The notes under the pieces: generated by a model
Database searches by the model: none
What the model was told of the DNA's origin: nothing
The model's input: the letters and a program-made list of their open reading frames with translations, nothing else
Part shown: piece after piece, positions 1 to 8,220 of the stretch
Numbering within the stretch: position 1 is the stretch's first letter
Layout of the letters: each line of letters starts with the position of its first letter
NCBI GenBank assembly: GCA_016840035.1
Contig: JAEOTC010000024.1
Coordinates: 1-11,426 of the forward strand
Direction: 5' to 3'
Source of the DNA: Candidatus Hodarchaeota archaeon
GTDB lineage: Archaea; Asgardarchaeota; Heimdallarchaeia; Hodarchaeales; Hodarchaeaceae
Length of the DNA: 11,426 nt
Translations under genes and position numbers: made by a program

Positions 1-2195
1 CCATTAGTATTACGGGTGGCCGTATTGTTGGTCAGGGTATTAGAATTACTGGAACTAACCAAAAGAAACCCAGTATAAGTATTACTGGCGGCCGTATTGT
101 TGGTCAGGGTATTAGCACTGGAACTAACCAAAAGAAACCCATGATGAAAATTACTGGCGGCCGTATTGTTGGTCAGGGTATTAGAATTACTAGAACTAAC
201 CAAAAGAAACCCAGTATAAGTATTACTGGCGGCCGTATTGTTGGTCAGGGTATTAAAATTACTATAATAATCCAAATAAAACCCATACTCATTATTACTG
301 GTGGCGGTATTGTTGGTCAGGGTATTAGTACTAGAAGCACCTAAATAAAACCCATCTCCATTACTGGTGGCGGTATTGTTATTCAGGGTATTAGCACTGG
401 AACTCCACAAAGAAAACCCAAACTCATTATTACTGGTGGCAGTATTGTTAGTCAGGGTATTAGTATTACTGAAATAATCCAAATAAAACCCATGATAATA
501 ATTACTGAATGCGGTATTGTTGATCAGGGTATTAGTACTGGAACTCCACAAAACAAACCCATTTTGAGTATTTCTGATGGCTGTATTGTTGGTCAAGGTA
601 TTAGTATCGGAACTATCCAAATCAAAACCGACAGTATTACTGGTGGCTGTATTGTTGGTCAGGGTATTAGAATTGGAAGAAGATAAATAAAACCCGTTAT
701 TACTATTACCAGTAGCATTATTGTTGGTCAATGTATTAGTACTGGAACTAACCAAAACAAACCCATGCTCATTATTACTGATGGCCGTATTGTTGATCAG
801 GGTATTAGTGCTGGAACTAACCAAAACAATTCCATCTTGAGTATTACTGGTGGCGATATTGTTGGTCAGGGTATTAGAAGCGGAACTAACCAAAACAAAC
901 CCATTTTGAGCATTACTGGTGGCCGTATTGTTGGTCAGGGTATTAGAATTGGCACTATCTAAAACAAACCCGTCATAAGTATTGCTGGTGGCGATATTGT
1001 TGATCAGGGTATTAGTGCTAGAACCAGTTAAATAAAACCCATTAGTATTACTAGTGGCGGTATTAAATATAATCGAGTTATTTTCACAGTATTGGGTTAA
1101 AATTCCATGCATACTGTTTTGGATAAAGTTATTCTGAACAAGACTATTGGTAACATTGTAGAGATCAATTGCTGCGTGTTGTTTTGTGTATCCATCCATA
1201 AATGAGTTATAAATAACAAAATAGAGTCGAGTGTCTCGAATTGAAATTAATGGTTGAGTAGAACCAACAATTCTCAAATTTTCAATAATATATGGATCAC
1301 TTTCTGATCCTGAACCTCTCCAGCCTTCTGCACCTGCCTTTGTTATAAATTCTTCATCCCCAACAATCATTATAGGAGTATGGTCGACCTGATTGTCATC
1401 TATCAATGGGTCAATAATGAGAATTTGTGTCGGATTATAGGATTCCACTTCAAATCCGTAACTATGAGTTGATTCGCCTTTGGTAACAAATTGTGCAGGG
1501 ATTTGTTTACCATCCTCTTGTTTTACATCTAATAATAAGTCGCTAAAGGATAAATTACCTTCGTTATCTCTGATTAGGACAGAAGAAGGTCTTACCAGTA
1601 ATATACTTGCTTCATCAACTTTTATAGCGATCTCTGAAGGATCACCTCCAGGATGCACAATAAAATCATATTTTAATCCTCTGGCAGACATATAATACTT
1701 CAGATCAATCCCCTGGTAAAGATTGTAATACCAAACTTCATTTTTTTCTTCTATAAGGACAGGGTCAACTTTTAAAGAATCTTTAAAACTTAAAAAATTG
1801 ATATTTTCACTGTCTCCAAATATTTCATTTTTATAAACGATTTTACTTGTCGAAAATCCTAATAGTAATCTTGGGGTACTTATAACAAACTGTATATCTT
1901 CATCAGTGAATTCTCCCTTATGTTTTGTAAATTTCTCCAAAAATCGTATCTTCTCTGGGATTATTTTGTCATAGTTTGGGTAATTGGAAATCCCATTTTC
2001 ATGATATAGATTAGAATTAATTTCTTTAGAGTTAACACTATGTTCTGATCTTTCATTAAGCGACATTAGCCTGTTAACTGGGACTACATCCTTTTCATTC
2101 TCATTAAAATTAGAAATAAAACTTTTTTTATCCAATAAATAGAGAGAAGGCCCAATCAACACAATTATTACAAAAATAGATTGAAGATTTTTCAA
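1..2195 (-). CDS. Secreted/surface protein, 3'-partial (>731 aa): N-terminal hydrophobic signal, DUF7948-like domain of the type usually preceding SBBP repeats, then right-handed parallel beta-helix (NosD/PbH1) repeats
   Basis: Manual translation of the minus strand is open from TTG 2195 (AGGGG SD-like upstream; alternative GTG 2222) to the window edge, so the ORF track missed it. Reads MKNLQSIFVIIVLIGPSLYLL...EVWYYNLYQGIDLKLYMSARGLKYDFIVHPGGDPSEIAI...YGFEVESYNPTQILIIDP...HTPIMIVGDEEFITKAGAEGWRGSGSESDPYIIENLRI..., then repeats GF-x-L-xx-S-xx-NTLTNNTATSN-xxx. Domain names are from motif recognition, not a search. Confidence 0.93.
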   Translation of the reverse strand, partial: MKNLQSIFVIIVLIGPSLYLLDKKSFISNFNENEKDVVPVNRLMSLNERSEHSVNSKEINSNLYHENGISNYPNYDKIIPEKIRFLEKFTKHKGEFTDEDIQFVISTPRLLLGFSTSKIVYKNEIFGDSENINFLSFKDSLKVDPVLIEEKNEVWYYNLYQGIDLKYYMSARGLKYDFIVHPGGDPSEIAIKVDEASILLVRPSSVLIRDNEGNLSFSDLLLDVKQEDGKQIPAQFVTKGESTHSYGFEVESYNPTQILIIDPLIDDNQVDHTPIMIVGDEEFITKAGAEGWRGSGSESDPYIIENLRIVGSTQPLISIRDTRLYFVIYNSFMDGYTKQHAAIDLYNVTNSLVQNNFIQNSMHGILTQYCENNSIIFNTATSNTNGFYLTGSSTNTLINNIATSNTYDGFVLDSANSNTLTNNTATSNAQNGFVLVSSASNTLTNNIATSNTQDGIVLVSSSTNTLINNTAISNNEHGFVLVSSSTNTLTNNNATGNSNNGFYLSSSNSNTLTNNTATSNTVGFDLDSSDTNTLTNNTAIRNTQNGFVLWSSSTNTLINNTAFSNYYHGFYLDYFSNTNTLTNNTATSNNEFGFSLWSSSANTLNNNTATSNGDGFYLGASSTNTLTNNTATSNNEYGFYLDYYSNFNTLTNNTAASNTYTGFLLVSSSNSNTLTNNTAASNFHHGFLLVSSSANTLTNNTAASNTYTGFLLVSSSNSNTLTNNTATRNTN
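3..1040 (-). repeat. Coding tandem repeat: 15 complete units of 66/69/72 bp (22-24 aa), each one beta-helix coil; continues past the window edge
   Basis: The core cggtattgttggtcagggtattag (+ strand) recurs with small variation every 66-72 bp. Unit lengths sum to 346 codons, exactly 3..1040. Confidence 0.95.
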
Positions 2196-2240
2196 TTTTA
2201 GTCCCCTATTCGTAAAATACACTCCTTGTAAAATTTCAAG

Positions 2241-2289
2241 TATTTAAAATTATCACTGTTGAGACATATTAGAGTATTTTTTATATATA
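2241..2289. promoter_or_regulatory. Candidate archaeal TATA boxes of the divergent promoter between the beta-helix gene and the glycosyltransferase
   Basis: TTTAAATA on the minus strand at 2241-2248, ~46 nt before TTG 2195. TTTATATA on the plus strand at 2280-2287, ahead of TTG 2354. The AT-rich background lowers specificity. Confidence 0.4.
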
Positions 2290-2353
2290 CCTTCACTGCT
2301 AAATCAATGACAGTTTTGTTCCCAAAATCCTCATCAATCGGTGGAGAGCTCAT

Positions 2354-3970
2354 TTGGAGAGCCAGAATTTTGCAAACAAAATCAAGAATCTCTTATCTCG
2401 CGAATCCCTCGCGCAAAGAATGGATCTTATTTTAATCACTTTTATATCACTGATTATTCGATTATTATATCTCTGGATGAACTATCCTGACTTTTGGGGT
2501 GATTCATACCACCATTATTATATCACGGAAATAACTTATGAAAATAACTTTATCTACTCTGATTACAAGTCTAATCAATACCTCTGGTTGCCGGGGTTTC
2601 ATTATTTAGGGCTGATTCCAAGCGTACTGTTAGGATCTACCTCTCTTGATGTCCTTCATCTCTTTAATATCCTTATAAGTGTGATGAGCATTGTTTTAGT
2701 AACAGATGTTGCAAAGATTCTCTCAAAAAGTCGATTAAGTGCTTTTATTACAGGATTAGCGATTGCTTTATCGCCCTGGCACATCATGTATAGCAAAATG
2801 TTTATGCCCGAACCATGGGCTGGCCTGTGTCTATTATTATTAATACGAGGATTAATTACGAGGTCTGATATTCAGCTATTAAGCGGTTGGGGATTAGGTT
2901 TAGTTTCTCGCTACGAAAATTGGTTTTTTGGAGTGTTACTCCTTATAGGCTTTTATATGTTTAAAAGGAATCGAGAAGGAAAACTCAAAGTTATCATTTA
3001 TCTCTGTCTGATCTTGGGAGGGTGGTTGTTATTATGGAGTTTATGGAGTAGATTAGGTGTTGGTTATGGGACTTATTGGATTAATACACAACTGGAAGCA
3101 TTAAAGTGGGATAGTACCTTTTATAACTCAGGAATCAACGTTTTTACTCTTTATTCCTCTTGGATTGGCTATGGACTAGGATTCGTGGGAGGAATACTGT
3201 TATTAACCTTATTCGGTGTTAGACGGTACAACGAGACCTTCCTAAATTATAATTTACCTCCAGCTCTGAATCTACTTGATGAAAATTGTGAAGAAGTGTA
3301 TTTTCTGTTAGTTTTTCTCGGTGTTTCTCTCTGTAAGTTAATATCTACATATATATCAGGAGTCATCCCTTCTTACAATCCTAGATTTGTTTTAATCGAT
3401 CTATATTTGATAGTTCTCCTTATACCGTCTTGGCACCTTCTTTTTCGTATACTAATACAATTTCTTAAAGAAAAAAGCACATTGAATACAAAGTTGGATC
3501 TGAATCGTATATTCGTAATTAATCCTGTCAGTATCCTTATTGGAATAATAATCACAGGTGCTTTCTTAAATCAAGTTTCACTCTTTTCTACTCAATCCTA
3601 TATTGTTGAACCAGAACGGCAAGCTGGCTTATTTATAAAATCATGGGTAAGTGAAAACGTCCCAATCGACGAAAAGGTAAATATTTTTGTCGATTCTCCG
3701 GTTATATCTTATTATGGAAATCTAGAATCAGATCAAATGGTTAGTTCAGAAAAATATGCAAGATTCTTAAATAAAAACATTGATCCTAACCTTCGTCTGA
3801 TTGTTCTCCATAATGTATCCTACAGCAAAGGATATGAGACCTTTAGCTTTCTAAGAGATCTTCCAGTTAATCTGACAGTAGAATCCAGTCATTTCCTGAA
3901 GGTATACGAATACACTGGTTGGGAACTAGAATATGGTGCAGCTTCAGTGACAATTTACTCTGTCGAATAG
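2354..3970 (+). CDS. Multi-pass membrane GT-C fold glycosyltransferase (ArnT/PMT-like, GT39/GT83-type), 538 aa
   Basis: Many hydrophobic segments; first-loop acidic motif FWGDSYHHY; LPGFHYL; ALSPWHIMYSKMFMPE; SRYENW; NPRFVL; soluble C-terminal domain. GGTGG SD-like at 2340-2344 before TTG. Confidence 0.82.
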   Translation: MESQNFANKIKNLLSRESLAQRMDLILITFISLIIRLLYLWMNYPDFWGDSYHHYYITEITYENNFIYSDYKSNQYLWLPGFHYLGLIPSVLLGSTSLDVLHLFNILISVMSIVLVTDVAKILSKSRLSAFITGLAIALSPWHIMYSKMFMPEPWAGLCLLLLIRGLITRSDIQLLSGWGLGLVSRYENWFFGVLLLIGFYMFKRNREGKLKVIIYLCLILGGWLLLWSLWSRLGVGYGTYWINTQLEALKWDSTFYNSGINVFTLYSSWIGYGLGFVGGILLLTLFGVRRYNETFLNYNLPPALNLLDENCEEVYFLLVFLGVSLCKLISTYISGVIPSYNPRFVLIDLYLIVLLIPSWHLLFRILIQFLKEKSTLNTKLDLNRIFVINPVSILIGIIITGAFLNQVSLFSTQSYIVEPERQAGLFIKSWVSENVPIDEKVNIFVDSPVISYYGNLESDQMVSSEKYARFLNKNIDPNLRLIVLHNVSYSKGYETFSFLRDLPVNLTVESSHFLKVYEYTGWELEYGAASVTIYSVE

Positions 3971-3980
3971 ATGAAGGAAG

Positions 3981-4005
3981 TTTTCTTTCTCTCTTCTCTA
4001 TCTTC
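3981..4005 (+). terminator. Pyrimidine-rich tract, possible archaeal-type terminator of the glycosyltransferase gene
   Basis: ttttctttctctcttctctatcttc starts 10 nt after the TAG stop. Confidence 0.35.
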
Positions 4006-4092
4006 AAATGGTGATCATTAAGGTGCAATAAACAACAGATAGTTAGTAATAATACTTCTAAACTAAGGGAGAATATTTCAATTCATTTAGAA

Positions 4093-4137
4093 TGGTGATA
4101 AGTGTCTGCTAAAGAAATGCCCCATTTAAATTGATCA
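4093..4137. repeat. 45-bp direct repeat, copy 1
   Basis: tggtgataagtgtctgctaaagaaatgccccatttaaattgatca; 43/45 identical to 7530-7574. Confidence 0.95.
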
Positions 4138-4171
4138 GGATCCAGCGATTCAGTAACTGGTCAACAGGACA

Positions 4172-7100
4172 CTATTCCCCGGCAATTCTCTTTTGTCTCA
4201 ACCGATTACCAAAATATAAAGTACTAAGAATTGAAATCCCAAATAAAATGACTCTACCAATGAAAAAATATAGCTCGGAATTTCGTATGGAAAACACCTG
4301 ATCTGAAATGTCCTCAGCAGTCAATCCTCCGGAACACCTGGCAATGACTTTAATCAAGTAGGAGGAACCGTCTTTTCGTGGAAAAACAATCCATGTGTAC
4401 CTGGTAGAGGATAATCCTGTCACGATCGGTTCCCAAGTCTTATTATCAACAGAATAATAGAGCGAATAAGTGATATTATGGCGGAGAGGATCGACTGAAG
4501 CTGACCATCTGAGATCGATAAGCCCAATATACTTCCTTCCACCACTAGGAGACAAGAGAATTGGGGGTAATAGGACATTATGAATTGTAAACTGACTATC
4601 AGAGATATATTCGGTTGTTAATCCATCAGAACAAGAGGCAATGACTTTTATTAAATACGCCTCCCCATCATCCACGTGAGTAGTATCCCAAGAATAATTC
4701 GTACTCGAAAACGCGATTTTTAGTGCATTCCAAGTAGTCCCTCCATTAAAAGAAAAATAGACACTGTAATTGATTTGGTCGTCCCATGAATCAGCTGATG
4801 CAAACCAGTAGACAGTAACATTGCCCCTCAGAGTTTCCCCTCCATTCGGGAAGAGTAAGATCGGCATTGAAAGTTGATGGGATGGTGCTGGAAAAGCTAA
4901 AGGCTGGGAATCAGAATTATTTGCGCTCCCACCTATCAAATAGGGACTATCGATCACACCGTCATCATCAGAGTCTGGCCCAAGCCAATCATCCCAGTAG
5001 TTATGAATAAACAGATTTTCTGACCCATCATCGTCAGCCTGAGACGCATTAATATTATTCTGAAGAAAATCATTGTAGCGGATAAGATTGGATTCAGTCC
5101 GATAATCTAAGAAAAATCCACCCCCAGTATTGTTCTTAATGATATTCGCTACCAAGACATTTCTTCTGGAGTCTCCGCGCATGGAAATTCCCTCTTGCTT
5201 GTTTTCAGATATTAAATTTCCTGAAATGCGATTATTCTTAGAATCATCAAGATAGATACCAGCCCCAGTATTTTTAGTCACATTATTATTGGAAATATAC
5301 GCGAAGTCAGAGTTTCCTAGCATAATTCCACACCCAAAGGTTGCAGTGACAGTATTCCCAGACACGGTGCAAAAGTTTGAGTCCAAAATGTAGATTCCAT
5401 ATCTCATACTCAGAAGCGTATTGCTGGTCACTGAGCAATTAACGGATGACCAAAGAAAAATCTCATCACAGCCACTGTTGATATTGTTGTGATCAATGTT
5501 TAAATTTTGGCAATCCATTCCCTTCATCCCTATAGTTTGATCAGTGACTTCAATAGTACTACAATTGACAAGAAAAATTTGCCCAGCATCACTTGGAACA
5601 GCTCTATTGGAAATTCCTCTCCAAAAAACCAAGGGCTTCCCATTGACATAATTATTAGCAATTTCATTATGATAGAACGGGCAATATAGAAAATTATTCA
5701 CGAGATAATTATTATCAACTTGATTCTGAATCACATCTGCCACGAGGAAAATTCCTACCGTATTATTTGAGACAGTATTATTGGTTAGGAAATTACTATC
5801 ACCGTTTATGGTAATACCAGTATAACTGTCTGAGATGAAATTCGTAGTAAGCGTGCAATTTTCTGAATAAAATATGCTAATACCAGAAATGCTATTTGCT
5901 GAGATAACATTCCCATGGATATCAATGCTTTTACAGGTAAAAACCATAATCCCAATCGTGGTATAGGTTAAATTTTGATTTGTAACTGTAACTCCCGTGC
6001 AATTGCTCAAGATTATCTGGCCTACTCCACTAGGAATAATGCCGCCATGGACATTCTGCCAAATCACTAGGGGCTTTCCATTAATAGTGTTGTTGTGATT
6101 GATTACCGTGGGAAGAAAAATCCACGCATGATGAGTATCTAGTGATAATCCATCATTGAGGAAGACATTCTTGTTAAGTACAACACTCCGAGTAGCTATA
6201 AAATCATCATGGGTCTTAAGATATAACCCCCTATTATTATTTTCAAAATGATTTTCTACAATAGTGAGATTTTGCGCATCTAAAATCCATATTCCAACAC
6301 TGTTGTTGACAATGAAATTCTTTGAAACTCTCGTATTAATAGAGTCCCCCCAAGCACAAATACCGATGAGATTATCAGTAATTGTATTCCCCGAAATTAC
6401 ACTATAGGGTGAATTCCAAAATGACAATGCAGTTGCACCATATGGGGGGCCCATGTCGGTATGATTGGTGAAGGTATTATTCACAACCACGGTTCTTTCA
6501 GAATCGTAAAAACCTACAGAATAGTTATTGTATGAAACAAAATTCTCAACAAATGTACAATTACTTGAATCAAATATTGCCATAGGAACACTATTATTTC
6601 TGAGAGTATTGTTGGAAAAGGCAATTTTCTGGGAATTAGTCACTTTAACTCCATAAGAATGCCAAAAAACATCGGTTGATATGTAATTTCTTGAGATAGT
6701 GCAATTCTCGACTTGAGTTATCGAAATCCCCGTCTCAGTTTGGTTTATGATCGTATTTTTTTCGATCTTGGCTCTCCCAGAAGAAATATTCTCAAGTATG
6801 ATTCCATATGAACCTCCCCTTAAATAGCAGTCACTGATTACGAAATAAAGCTCAGTGGAGTAAATTTCGATTAAGGGACTCGGTGTGTGCCCAGTAATAT
6901 TTAACCCCTCAAGTCGATATGGATTTGAAGCTGTTCCATTTCCCTGCCACCCTTCTAACGCCGCAATAGCAAGGAATTCGGCATTGCCATTGATCAAGAT
7001 CGGGGCATCTTCTTGTGCTTGGTGGGATACGCGATGGAGGATGTTCGGTTGAATTTGAGGTGTACTCTTTAATTGCTCCACGGGAGAAGAAAGGCGTTCA

Positions 7101-7243
7101 GTATCTATGAGATCGGAATAGCGCTCTTCCCGAGAAGGATACTCCGTGGGCCAACACAAGAGAACTCCTCTAGAGAAGAATAAGAGAAAAAGGAGAATTA
7201 CATACCCTCTCTTTCGATAAACATTCATCTCCTCGAATTCCAT
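4172..7243 (-). CDS. Membrane-anchored cell-surface protein (1023 aa): NosD/right-handed beta-helix repeats, two Ig/FN3-like C-terminal domains, C-terminal TM anchor
   Basis: Signal-like N-terminus (RKRGYVILLFLLFF); N-cap PILINGNAEF...EGWQGNGTASNPYRLE; many N-x-I-x-x-N-x-I/GI-x-L coils; duplicated NGKPLV..W...GQI.L.NC blocks; NYWDDWLGPDSDDDGVIDSPY end-cap; PNGGE and SPSGG beta-sandwich repeats; terminal hydrophobic helix followed by RLRQKR. Confidence 0.92.
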   Translation of the reverse strand: MEFEEMNVYRKRGYVILLFLLFFSRGVLLCWPTEYPSREERYSDLIDTERLSSPVEQLKSTPQIQPNILHRVSHQAQEDAPILINGNAEFLAIAALEGWQGNGTASNPYRLEGLNITGHTPSPLIEIYSTELYFVISDCYLRGGSYGIILENISSGRAKIEKNTIINQTETGISITQVENCTISRNYISTDVFWHSYGVKVTNSQKIAFSNNTLRNNSVPMAIFDSSNCTFVENFVSYNNYSVGFYDSERTVVVNNTFTNHTDMGPPYGATALSFWNSPYSVISGNTITDNLIGICAWGDSINTRVSKNFIVNNSVGIWILDAQNLTIVENHFENNNRGLYLKTHDDFIATRSVVLNKNVFLNDGLSLDTHHAWIFLPTVINHNNTINGKPLVIWQNVHGGIIPSGVGQIILSNCTGVTVTNQNLTYTTIGIMVFTCKSIDIHGNVISANSISGISIFYSENCTLTTNFISDSYTGITINGDSNFLTNNTVSNNTVGIFLVADVIQNQVDNNYLVNNFLYCPFYHNEIANNYVNGKPLVFWRGISNRAVPSDAGQIFLVNCSTIEVTDQTIGMKGMDCQNLNIDHNNINSGCDEIFLWSSVNCSVTSNTLLSMRYGIYILDSNFCTVSGNTVTATFGCGIMLGNSDFAYISNNNVTKNTGAGIYLDDSKNNRISGNLISENKQEGISMRGDSRRNVLVANIIKNNTGGGFFLDYRTESNLIRYNDFLQNNINASQADDDGSENLFIHNYWDDWLGPDSDDDGVIDSPYLIGGSANNSDSQPLAFPAPSHQLSMPILLFPNGGETLRGNVTVYWFASADSWDDQINYSVYFSFNGGTTWNALKIAFSSTNYSWDTTHVDDGEAYLIKVIASCSDGLTTEYISDSQFTIHNVLLPPILLSPSGGRKYIGLIDLRWSASVDPLRHNITYSLYYSVDNKTWEPIVTGLSSTRYTWIVFPRKDGSSYLIKVIARCSGGLTAEDISDQVFSIRNSELYFFIGRVILFGISILSTLYFGNRLRQKRIAGE

Positions 7244-7529
7244 TTCCGTTTTTCAGAACTACTTCTTTGATGAGATTGTTTAGCAGATTAAAAACATGCT
7301 AGGTGAGTAAATACTATAGTTCAACCAACCTGTTATAATAAACTTTCTAACTTTTCGAGAAAAAAATCCTAAGGATCCTTCAAAGCCATTCATTTTCGAG
7401 TAAAGAGAAAAATCGTGACAGAAACAGAATATCCAACTGTTTGGTATGTTCGGTAAGTACATTGATGACAATATTACTCTAAATTTACCGTCTTTTGTGT
7501 TACCAAAATTCAGTTGGCCTCATTTGGGT

Positions 7530-7574
7530 TGGTGATAAGTGTCAGCTAACGAAATGCCCCATTTAAATTGATCA
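7530..7574. repeat. 45-bp direct repeat, copy 2
   Basis: tggtgataagtgtcagctaacgaaatgccccatttaaattgatca; same orientation as 4093-4137, 2 mismatches. Confidence 0.95.
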
Positions 7575-7620
7575 ATGGAAGTAAAGATTTTGTGGTAAAA
7601 TTTAATGTCATATTTATCCG

Positions 7621-7990
7621 TTAATAAGCTTCCTCGTCCTTCAGAAATTTACCTTTGTCTGCAAGAAACTCTTGACAGAGAGTTGTATAATCGATATTGC
7701 TTATAACAACATCGAGAAGAAACGCAAAAAACTCCCACTCGTAAGAAATGTTCCTTAGTGCTTTTACTCGTGCTTCTAAGTCCGTTCGGATGATTTTCCC
7801 AATTTCCAGTGCTGTTAGATCAGGATTTTCCAACAACGCATCTACCATTTCATCCCGAAATAGGTTATGGTAGACAATTCGTGTATGTCGATTTACTAGT
7901 TTTTTCCCACCAGAAGTTGACTTTCTTAAGACCTCTAGTCAAATTAATCTCTAATACACTGGTGAACTAATTTGTCGGATTCTTACTCAT
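7621..7990 (-). pseudogene. Probable disrupted gene for a ~122-aa hypothetical protein; the 75-aa ORF 7621..7848 is its 3' part
   Basis: ATG 7990 reads MSKNPTN*FTSVLEINLTRGLKKVNFWWEK (TAG at 7967-7969). Removing one A from the A6 run (7900-7905) continues as LVNRHTRIVYHNLFRDE into MVDALLENP...EEAY*. The reconstruction is inferred; the 3' ORF itself looks like genuine protein. Confidence 0.5.
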
Positions 7991-8122
7991 TGGAAATTTT
8001 TAATATTCTGAATCATCTCATCTATAAATGGAAAATTTCATTTTTTGAACAAAATTCCATTATCTTGCTCAAAAATCAATGGCTTTTGTCGTATACATCT
8101 ACTTTTGTCGGAATCGTCATTT

Positions 8123-8148
8123 GCTTGATTTTAGCTTGATTTTAGCTT
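8123..8148. repeat. Short tandem repeat, 11-bp unit x ~2.4
   Basis: gcttgatttta gcttgatttta gctt. Confidence 0.8.
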
Positions 8149-8199
8149 TTTTTGTCCCAATGCTTGATAATATTTCTTGCCCGGTATTTAGTGACATAA

Positions 8200-8220
8200 A
8201 TTGACTCTAAGCAAGTCAAT
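8200..8220. promoter_or_regulatory. Inverted repeat ATTGACT-N7-AGTCAAT (operator or terminator hairpin)
   Basis: Perfect 7-bp arms, ~30 nt downstream of the stop of the 51-aa minus-strand ORF. Confidence 0.4.

Noticed and set aside
141-962. Plus-strand ORFs 141..344, 492..686 and 765..962 with ITGGRIVGQGI repeats
   Set aside because: Antisense shadows of the uninterrupted minus-strand beta-helix gene; the plus frame is broken by stops.
3-1040. Diversity-generating retroelement TR/VR
   Set aside because: No reverse transcriptase in the window; differences include whole-codon indels and non-adenine changes, and the many AAT/AAC scaffold codons stay conserved.
1-1060. CRISPR array (constant core plus variable segments at ~69-bp period)
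   Set aside because: Unit lengths are all multiples of 3, the variable parts are homologous to one another, the region is an open frame continuous with a secreted protein, and no cas genes are present.
1480-1695. 71-aa plus-strand ORF
   Set aside because: Lies antisense within the minus-strand CDS 2195..<1.
7280-7471. 63-aa minus-strand ORF upstream of the 1023-aa gene
   Set aside because: TTG start without a clear SD, no recognisable protein features, and it occupies the expected promoter region; not excluded but unsupported.
7544-7626. Canonical integron attC site (TAAC overlapping the stop at 7621 ... GTTAGCT inside repeat copy 2 on the minus strand)
   Set aside because: R boxes fit RYYYAAC/GTTRRRY imperfectly, L-box pairing is poor, copy 1 has TTTAG instead of GTTAG, and identity continues ~20 bp past the would-be crossover.
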